Of a DNA stretch of 23,613 nucleotides, positions 1-5,814 are shown piece after piece (position 1 is the first letter of the stretch; every line of letters begins with the position of its first letter). The position numbers and the translations under genes were made by a program. Under the pieces are notes generated by a model, which was not told where the DNA came from, made no database searches, and saw nothing but the letters and a program-made list of their open reading frames with translations. Source of the DNA: a virus; the UHGV virus genome UHGV-0175648. One strand, 5' to 3'.

Positions 1-990
1 TTATGTGGATGAAATGTGGATGCCTCCTTTTAACGGATTAAGTGAAATTGCATCCTGGAGGAAATCAGGAGCGAGGTGCGCATAGGTCATAGTTTGCTGG
101 ATCGTGGCGTGCCCCATAATTCGCTGGAGCGTAAGTATATTTCCTCCATTAATCATAAAGTGAGCAGCAAAGGTATGGCGTAGAACATGTACAGCCTGTC
201 CTTTTGGTAGGTCTGGCTTAACACTGCGAAGCACCTTGCGATATTCCTCATAATTGACGTCAAACAAAAGGCCGGATTTCTTTGTTTTGATCTCACTAAC
301 AACTTCATCAGAGACAGGAATAATTCGAACTTTTCCGTTTTTAGTTTTGTTAAACGTCACGCGATTATTGATGATGTGTTCCGCGCGTAGATTTTTCGCT
401 TCTCCCCATCTCGCCCCAGTACTGAGACAAAGTAGCGTAATCCGCCGGGCATCACCGCTTACTGCATCCAGCAATTTGGCGATTTCTTCCGTAGTGAGGT
501 ACGTCATTTCGGGTGATTTTCGTTTCAAAGAGGGGAGGGCGCGGAGTGGATTTTCTCCGTGAAATTCTCCGGCATTTGCCAGGAGTGTAAACATTCCTCC
601 GAGATCCGACTCATCACGCCGAACAGTAGACTCTTTTACTCCCAAAGATAAACGGGAGCTTCGATAAGCGGCCATGAAACGAGCATTAATCTGGCTAACC
701 CTTGGATCATTCATTTCTTTGATGATTTTTTTCAACCTGGTTAGAACGCCGTTAGCATATGGCTTATTGCGTCCACCCAATTCCCACCATAACGGAAGCA
801 GATCTGAGAGATGACGTTGCTCTGTTGGCTTTTCAAGCCATTCCTTATCGTGCATGTGGCTGAGAACATAACGCTCAAAGGCCACTGCATCTGCCTTTTT
901 CTTAAAAATCCGCTGAATCCGACGTCCACTTCGGCCACGCGGTCTAACATCCACTTTATACCGTCCACCATCGAGCGCTTTAATTGCCAT
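1..990 (-). CDS. int: Tyrosine recombinase, P2-type prophage integrase
   Basis: The ORF 1..1023 translation aligns along its length with P2 Int as I recall it (MAIKALDGGRYKVDVRP..., LCLSTGARWGEA, HVLRHTFAAHFMINGG, LQRIMGH, YAHLAPDFLQDAISLNPL). The start is placed at the internal ATG 988-990, which is preceded by GGAGGG about 7 nt upstream and matches the P2 Int N-terminus MAIK. The stop codon is bases 1-3. Confidence 0.93.
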   Translation of the reverse strand: MAIKALDGGRYKVDVRPRGRSGRRIQRIFKKKADAVAFERYVLSHMHDKEWLEKPTEQRHLSDLLPLWWELGGRNKPYANGVLTRLKKIIKEMNDPRVSQINARFMAAYRSSRLSLGVKESTVRRDESDLGGMFTLLANAGEFHGENPLRALPSLKRKSPEMTYLTTEEIAKLLDAVSGDARRITLLCLSTGARWGEAKNLRAEHIINNRVTFNKTKNGKVRIIPVSDEVVSEIKTKKSGLLFDVNYEEYRKVLRSVKPDLPKGQAVHVLRHTFAAHFMINGGNILTLQRIMGHATIQQTMTYAHLAPDFLQDAISLNPLKGGIHISST

Positions 991-1056
991 TGGCAAGCCC
1001 TCCGGTGAAACGAGGAAAGACATTTCCAGTTTGTAAAACGTAAGAATAATAAAGGG

Positions 1057-1359
1057 TTAACCAATTTTCCTTTCGGATGGGGGTAAGTCCGTTGGCTCTT
1101 GCCCATAGTGTGCGAGAGCCGGAGCTATCTGCCCGGATTCAGGCGCAATTTTTCCAGTCATAAACCACAACGCATATTTCTCAAATCTGGGGTTGTTTAG
1201 TATTTGCTCAATTACTTCAGCATTAGGGATAGTTTTACCGCTTTCATATCTCCACAGAGCATCACGGTTTAAACCAAGCATTTTTGCTGTATCCGGGAGG
1301 CTAGTAAGTCTCTCGCTTTCACGCATGATTTTTATGCGCTCTCCAATAGTCATACGCAT
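1057..1359 (-). CDS. C: P2 C-type immunity repressor (short HTH repressor)
   Basis: About 100 aa, similar to P2 C as recalled (…YESGKTIPNAEVIEQILNNPRFEKYALWFMTGKIAPESGQIAPALAHYGQ). It is divergent from the cox-like gene and adjacent to int. The ORF-track start at 1374 is TTG; the ATG at 1357-1359 has a GGAGA Shine-Dalgarno 8 nt upstream. Confidence 0.85.
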   Translation of the reverse strand: MRMTIGERIKIMRESERLTSLPDTAKMLGLNRDALWRYESGKTIPNAEVIEQILNNPRFEKYALWFMTGKIAPESGQIAPALAHYGQEPTDLPPSERKIG

Positions 1360-1454
1360 GTTGCAATTCTCCAACGTCTGTATTAATGTTTATACAAATG
1401 AGTTTGATTTGGGGCATCCGTCGCAAGAAATACCCCAAACAGGGAGATTATCAC
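1360..1454. promoter_or_regulatory. Divergent Pc/Pe lysis-lysogeny switch region (face-to-face promoters and operators expected)
   Basis: A 95 bp AT-rich spacer between the divergently transcribed C and cox-like genes. It contains sigma70-like hexamers (TTGCAA ... TATTAAT). The architecture is analogous to the P2 switch; promoters were not mapped. Confidence 0.5.
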
Positions 1455-1781
1455 ATGAATGAAGAACTATTGAGGGCATTGTTTAAGATCCCAGACCCCA
1501 TCACCGTCGATGAGTTTTCCCGCCGCACAGGTAAGACCGAATCAGCCGTAAGAAAGTTGGTAGAGCGTCGACTCATCCCTCTAACTACTGAGCGCGAGGT
1601 TTTAGGCGAGGAAGGGAGTTCGCGCCGTCTTCTCATCCTTTGGAATGAGTGGCTCGAAATGGTCTATGACGCAACGAAACAACTTCCTCCTGAGCGTAAA
1701 GATTGGCGCAATCACTGGCTTAAGAAAGCCAAGAAGCTGGCGGAAGATTTGGGATTAGGCTTTCTTAATTTTGCTGCATGA
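1455..1781 (+). CDS. cox: Cox/Apl-like excisionase-regulator (winged-helix DNA binding)
   Basis: First gene of the early rightward operon, in the position of P2 cox. The ATG at 1455 has AGGGAG 8 nt upstream. The N-terminal region (VDEFSRRTGKTESAVRKLVERRLIP) resembles the Cox/excisionase helix-turn-helix. It is longer than P2 Cox, so the assignment is by position plus weak similarity. Confidence 0.55.
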   Translation: MNEELLRALFKIPDPITVDEFSRRTGKTESAVRKLVERRLIPLTTEREVLGEEGSSRRLLILWNEWLEMVYDATKQLPPERKDWRNHWLKKAKKLAEDLGLGFLNFAA

Positions 1782-1799
1782 GATGCAGGGAGTTTTGAT

Positions 1800-2141
1800 A
1801 TGAAACAGCAACGTAATTCACGCTTTCGTAATGGTGCTGAACGCCACGCTAACCGTTTCGCTACCAGTGCATCGCGTAGCAACTCTCGCTACAGCCTGAG
1901 CGAAACACACGCAACGCCGGATGGCTACCCAGTAAAACAAATCGGCGAGCACGCCTGGTTGATTGAGAAAGCTGGAATCGTGGTCCACAAATGCCCACGC
2001 AACCCATTTACCGGAAACCGCATTTTTGCACTGAGCAACGGCGACAATCAGTTCGGGCAGGATTTCACATTATACGAAGCACTTCGCACGGTTGATCGTC
2101 TGCTTCGCGGGCAAAGTTTTATTAAACAGGCTGATTTATAA
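1800..2141 (+). CDS. Hypothetical early protein (113 aa)
   Basis: ORF with an AGGGAG ribosome-binding site. It lies in the early operon where P2 has orf78/B. No recognisable domain. Confidence 0.5.
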   Translation: MKQQRNSRFRNGAERHANRFATSASRSNSRYSLSETHATPDGYPVKQIGEHAWLIEKAGIVVHKCPRNPFTGNRIFALSNGDNQFGQDFTLYEALRTVDRLLRGQSFIKQADL

Positions 2142-2151
2142 CAGGTGCTTT

Positions 2152-2430
2152 ATGACCAAAGAGCATGCACAAGGTGTATTTATCCGTTTTATTGATTTTC
2201 GCGGTGAACTGTTATTACGCGCATCAGCCATTGACGGAGTTGTTCCATCCGAAAAAAACGCAGCTACTTACGTTTATCTGAACGGTACGCGCCTGACTGT
2301 GGAGCTTCCGTACCAGACCGTACGAGAAATCATTAGCGAAGCTGAAAAGGCACGTCAGGTTAATAGCGATGAACCCTATATCGAAATTATTTGTATGGAT
2401 TCAGAAGCTGAAATTCAGAAAGCAGATTAA
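2152..2430 (+). CDS. Hypothetical early protein (about 92 aa)
   Basis: ORF in the early operon. The start was chosen at the ATG at 2152 to avoid a 50-nt overlap with the upstream gene. Confidence 0.45.
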   Translation: MTKEHAQGVFIRFIDFRGELLLRASAIDGVVPSEKNAATYVYLNGTRLTVELPYQTVREIISEAEKARQVNSDEPYIEIICMDSEAEIQKAD

Positions 2431-2441
2431 AGGGCGTTGCG

Positions 2442-2684
2442 ATGGGCAAAGAATATAAAACTCTCATTAACAAAGCACTTGAGCGTTTTTATTTTCGCTT
2501 AAGTGCATCAGGCGCTCATGCTGAACGTGCAGCCCGTGACTCATTGACCAGGGCAATCCGGAGTTTGTATGACGTCGCTTTTTACGCTGATGATCTGGAT
2601 GCACTTAACGAACTTTCCGAGCTGATCTGTGCCGCAGAATGCGGGGAACATATTGAACCGTATAAGCTGGGGAATATCGCATGA
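2442..2684 (+). CDS. Hypothetical early protein (80 aa)
   Basis: ORF in the early operon, translationally coupled (ATGA) to the following small ORF. Confidence 0.45.
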   Translation: MGKEYKTLINKALERFYFRLSASGAHAERAARDSLTRAIRSLYDVAFYADDLDALNELSELICAAECGEHIEPYKLGNIA

Positions 2685-2794
2685 GTATATTTATCTCATG
2701 GCTTGTTCTGATTATTTCGGTGGCCTGCGCCATTGGAATTATGCGAATTATTCATTCAGTAAAAAAGATTGAACGTTTTTTCACTGGTGAATAA
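2681..2794 (+). CDS. Small hydrophobic peptide (37 aa, single predicted TM helix)
   Basis: Not in the ORF track; found by manual translation as MSIFISWLVLIISVACAIGIMRIIHSVKKIERFFTGE. It has a GGGGA Shine-Dalgarno 8 nt upstream and an ATGA overlap with the preceding stop. It lies in a visibly AT-rich patch. Confidence 0.35.
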   Translation: MSIFISWLVLIISVACAIGIMRIIHSVKKIERFFTGE

Positions 2795-2887
2795 CGATAC
2801 AAATAAAACATCAAATTAAATAAGAAAACGTGAAAACCATCCGTATTAACGGAGGTATTCGCACACGCAAATAACGGAGATACAAAA

Positions 2888-3298
2888 ATGCACGCAAAAG
2901 AAGAAGGTATCATCAGAGCACTGAAAGAAATTTCAAAGATTGAAAGCGAAGTAGCGAAAAAAGCCGTAGCAAATACTCATATAGACGTCGCTACCCACAC
3001 AATGATAGTCGCAAAAGTCACGGCAGAAGCCGCCAAAATCATCGAAGAACAGGGTGCGGAACTTACGCTTTTCAAAACTCAACCAGTCACCGGACTGGAT
3101 TTATCTAACACCGGACGCCTTATTTACACAATTGGCTCGGAGCTACAGCGATACACCATTATCGCCGGATTACAGGGCAAATACCTGATCACTCCTCACC
3201 CCATAAGGGAATCAGAAATTCTGACAAATCTCCGCCTGATAGATCGCTCTCAAGTTGCATTCATTGATGACGCACAGCACACCGTATTTAACGCATAG
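2888..3298 (+). CDS. Hypothetical protein (136 aa)
   Basis: ORF with a GGAGA ribosome-binding site (ACGGAGATACAAAAATG). No recognisable domain. Confidence 0.5.
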   Translation: MHAKEEGIIRALKEISKIESEVAKKAVANTHIDVATHTMIVAKVTAEAAKIIEEQGAELTLFKTQPVTGLDLSNTGRLIYTIGSELQRYTIIAGLQGKYLITPHPIRESEILTNLRLIDRSQVAFIDDAQHTVFNA

Positions 3299-3309
3299 GG
3301 TTATTGGAC

Positions 3310-3324
3310 AAAAAAAGGGGGGGG
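3310..3324. repeat. Homopolymeric A7-G8 tract overlapping the ribosome-binding site of the 3327 ORF
   Basis: Direct reading: ACAAAAAAAGGGGGGGGCAATG, with 7 A followed by 8 G and ending 2 nt before the ATG. Confidence 0.9.
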
Positions 3325-3326
3325 CA

Positions 3327-3530
3327 ATGGCAATTAAGCATTTTCCCGTCGTTCGCTTTACCTCCAGAGGGCGCGAATACGAGGTCGACGAACGCCTGAT
3401 TACCACTATCGACAAACATCGTTCGGAAAAGGATGCACACCACATCTACCTCACTGACGGCACTTACTTCTGCGCCACTAATGTGGCGCGGGTAAACCTT
3501 ATCCGACAGGTACAGGAGCATCGTAAATGA
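3327..3530 (+). CDS. Hypothetical protein (67 aa), first gene of the SPFH operon
   Basis: ATG directly downstream of the A7G8 tract. Its stop overlaps the start of the next gene (ATGA). Confidence 0.5.
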   Translation: MAIKHFPVVRFTSRGREYEVDERLITTIDKHRSEKDAHHIYLTDGTYFCATNVARVNLIRQVQEHRK

Positions 3531-3745
3531 GCAGAAAGCGAATCACACGCAGGCATCGCCGCACACACATGAATTCCTTACCGACGCTGAAAGAACTCAT
3601 TCAACACGAGATCGCTGATTTCTGCGCACCGCTGGGGTCGCCTGGCGAACCGGAAACGCCAGAAGCGATGCAGCGCGAACTCATGATGCGCATCGATAAC
3701 GTTTTTGACTTTTTCCTGAATAACAAAAGAGAGCAATCAACATGA
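3527..3745 (+). CDS. Hypothetical protein (72 aa, basic N-terminus)
   Basis: Translationally coupled on both sides (ATGA overlaps at 3527 and 3742). Confidence 0.5.
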   Translation: MSRKRITRRHRRTHMNSLPTLKELIQHEIADFCAPLGSPGEPETPEAMQRELMMRIDNVFDFFLNNKREQST

Positions 3746-3945
3746 ACAAAAAGACCTGGTTTCGCGCATATATGTGGGCGCTGGTATGCGTCCTCGTCTC
3801 TCTCATTCTGTATGCAGGACTACTCCCCCGAATGATTTCATCAGACAGCTCCTTCCTGGTATTGCTGGGCATTTTCATTGCCATGCTGTACCCGGCAGGC
3901 GTTGTTCGCCTTTTCAGTAAGTACATCAAGGAAATCAAACAATGA
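3742..3945 (+). CDS. Small inner-membrane protein with two predicted TM helices (67 aa)
   Basis: Two hydrophobic stretches (WALVCVLVSLILYAGLL and FLVLLGIFIAMLYPAGVV). It is translationally coupled to the downstream SPFH gene. Confidence 0.6.
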   Translation: MNKKTWFRAYMWALVCVLVSLILYAGLLPRMISSDSSFLVLLGIFIAMLYPAGVVRLFSKYIKEIKQ

Positions 3946-4772
3946 AGAAATTCAAACTCTTTCAGATTCTCCCGCTTTTTGCCGCCATCCTGCTGGTTGG
4001 CTGCGATCGCGTTGAGCCAGGTAATGTGGGCATCAAAGTCAACAAGCTGGGCGACGACAAAGGCGTTGGCGAAGTGGTTGGCGTTGGCCGCTACTGGACT
4101 GGCTGGAATACCGAGGTTTACATCTTCCCGACCTTCAAACAAATGAAGACCTACGATGACCCGTTCAGCTTCCAGATGAGTGACGGCACAACCATCGGCT
4201 ATCACATCGGCGTGGCCTACAAGGTCGATCCATCCAAAGTTACCACAGTGTTTCAGACCTACCGCAAAGGCGTGGATGACATTACCGACACTGACCTGCG
4301 CCAGAAGATCGCCGACGCACTCAACCGACTGGCCAGCAAAATGACCACAGATAAATTCATCGACGGTGGCAAGTCTGAACTGCTGGATTCAGCACTTAAA
4401 GATATTCAGGAAGAGATGACCCCCATCGGCATTCAGGTCATGAGCCTCTCTTATGTCGGTAAACCGGAATATCCGCCAACCGTTATCGACAGCATTAACG
4501 CCAAAGTCACGGCAAACCAGAAGACCCTGCAACGCGAACAGGAAGTCAAGCAACGCGAAGCAGAAGCCAACATGTTGCGCGCAGAAGCTGCCGGACAGGC
4601 TGATGCCATTCGCACAAAAGCCCAGGCTGAAGCCGACGCCATTCGTTTACGCGGTGAAGCTCTGCGCCAGAATCCCGGCGTTATGGAGCTGGAAGCAATC
4701 AACAAATGGAACGGCACGCTACCGCAATACATGACCAGCAATACCGCTGTTCCGTTTGTTCCGGTGAAGTAA
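3942..4772 (+). CDS. SPFH/band-7 (stomatin/prohibitin/HflK-C-like) lipoprotein, predicted inner-membrane retained
   Basis: Lipoprotein signal with lipobox LLVGC followed by Asp at +2 (CDRVEPG), which is an inner-membrane retention signal in E. coli. An SPFH-like core is followed by an Ala/Glu/Gln/Arg-rich coiled-coil tail (QREQEVKQREAEANMLRAEAAGQADAIRTKAQAEADAIRLRGEALRQ). The ribosome-binding site is AAGGAAA. Confidence 0.8.
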   Translation: MKKFKLFQILPLFAAILLVGCDRVEPGNVGIKVNKLGDDKGVGEVVGVGRYWTGWNTEVYIFPTFKQMKTYDDPFSFQMSDGTTIGYHIGVAYKVDPSKVTTVFQTYRKGVDDITDTDLRQKIADALNRLASKMTTDKFIDGGKSELLDSALKDIQEEMTPIGIQVMSLSYVGKPEYPPTVIDSINAKVTANQKTLQREQEVKQREAEANMLRAEAAGQADAIRTKAQAEADAIRLRGEALRQNPGVMELEAINKWNGTLPQYMTSNTAVPFVPVK

Positions 4773-4777
4773 TTAAA

Positions 4778-4803
4778 CCCGGCCAGTGAAAACCGCTGGC
4801 CGG
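4778..4803 (+). terminator. GC-rich stem-loop immediately downstream of the SPFH gene
   Basis: CCGGCCAG...CTGGCCGG inverted repeat with an 8 bp stem. A T-run (GGATTTTTT) follows after a short gap, so the terminator geometry is imperfect. Confidence 0.45.
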
Positions 4804-4934
4804 AGCAGTATCAGGATTTTTTAGTATGCCGTTCTCACAAAAAAACCGCTTGCCATGCCGCAATCAGTCAGGTTACATTTCCGCTGCACCTCATAAAACG
4901 GGTGCCGGGTTTCGCAGCCTGCTGACTACAAGAG

Positions 4935-4964
4935 CGCACAACCGCGCCAGCGGTTTTTTTGTGC
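4935..4964 (+). terminator. Rho-independent terminator-like hairpin with a T7 run
   Basis: CGCACAACCGCGCCAGCGGTTTTTTTGTGCG: the ACCGC/GCGGT stem is followed by seven T, and the outer arms CGCACAA/TTGTGCG are also complementary. Confidence 0.55.
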
Positions 4965-5139
4965 GTACTGTATTGCCACGTTTTTTTCGCGTCAGAATTA
5001 TGGCGGGGCGTACGGGGCCGACTTCGGTCGGGCCGGGATCTCTTGTAGCCGGTACTGCGAACCTCGTACGTCTCGCCACCCACAGTTTCGCAGCTCTGGA
5101 TGGTGAGTTTTCACAACTTACTACAAGAGGCCACATATC

Positions 5140-5370
5140 ATGGCAAACCGCAAACAGCACCGCACTATCGCGGAGCGTCGTCACATCCAGACTGAAATCA
5201 ACCGCAGACTTTCCCGCGCATTCCGCGTCGCTAAAATCATGCACATCAATATGCTGCATGAGCGTAGCTGCGAACTTTCAAACCTCTATTCATCCGCTGT
5301 TTTCAGCTATCTGGCGGATGATCTGCGCGAGCTTCAACAGCTCATCCAGCAGCAAAACAAACTCCATTAA
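5140..5370 (+). CDS. Hypothetical small basic protein (76 aa)
   Basis: ORF with an AAGAGG Shine-Dalgarno about 10 nt upstream. The N-terminus is Arg/Lys rich. No recognisable domain. Confidence 0.5.
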   Translation: MANRKQHRTIAERRHIQTEINRRLSRAFRVAKIMHINMLHERSCELSNLYSSAVFSYLADDLRELQQLIQQQNKLH

Positions 5371-5442
5371 TTCCTGTTCCGGGCCTTTCCTGCACCTTGC
5401 GGCGGGAGGCCTTCGCACATCTGTAACAAGAGGATTGCCGCA

Positions 5443-5808
5443 ATGATTCTCGCCAACGACTTTCTTGAATACCTGCTCAACACAGAACGTGATCTTGCCG
5501 CTCGCGTGCGTGATCGTTATGACATGTACCTGAAATCCCTGCCTGTACCGCAGCTCGCTGACGGAAAGATTGTTATTGATGGTCGCTACATGATTGACAG
5601 CCACGAGGGAAATTACAGGCTTTACCGCATTGAAGGTGGTACTCCGTCCGTTATTGGCATTTACCAGCGCCCATCCTCTGCAATCGTCGATGTGATTGCC
5701 GACAGCATCCGCATCACACATCGCCATGCCGACACAGAAGACACCGTGCTGGAAATTCAGCGGCTGGCTACAGTCTGCCGCGACACCCTGAATGGCATGA
5801 CGAAGTAA
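5443..5808 (+). CDS. Hypothetical protein (121 aa) immediately upstream of gene A
   Basis: ORF with an AAGAGGA Shine-Dalgarno 8 nt upstream. It occupies the position of P2 B/orf80-83; no P2 B-like sequence was recognised. Confidence 0.55.
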   Translation: MILANDFLEYLLNTERDLAARVRDRYDMYLKSLPVPQLADGKIVIDGRYMIDSHEGNYRLYRIEGGTPSVIGIYQRPSSAIVDVIADSIRITHRHADTEDTVLEIQRLATVCRDTLNGMTK

Positions 5809-5814
5809 ATCACT

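Noticed and set aside
1-1023. P4-like satellite integrase rather than a P2-type integrase
   Set aside because: Initially considered because of the N-terminal motif, but the downstream gene order (C repressor, cox-like gene, A, then Q/P/O/N/M/L and the tail genes) is that of a full P2-like helper phage, and the protein aligns with P2 Int along its length as recalled.
4773-5139. Possible retron msr/msd or type III toxin-antitoxin RNA
   Set aside because: There is no reverse transcriptase gene and no short tandem RNA repeat array with an adjacent toxin nearby. The inverted repeats are better explained as terminators and an SD-sequestering element.
4826-5446. 206-aa plus-strand ORF spanning the structured noncoding region
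   Set aside because: Its translation is Ser/Thr/Arg-rich with no hydrophobic core. It runs through two terminator hairpins and overlaps the better-supported 5140-5370 ORF, which has a clear Shine-Dalgarno. It is more likely a noncoding regulatory region.
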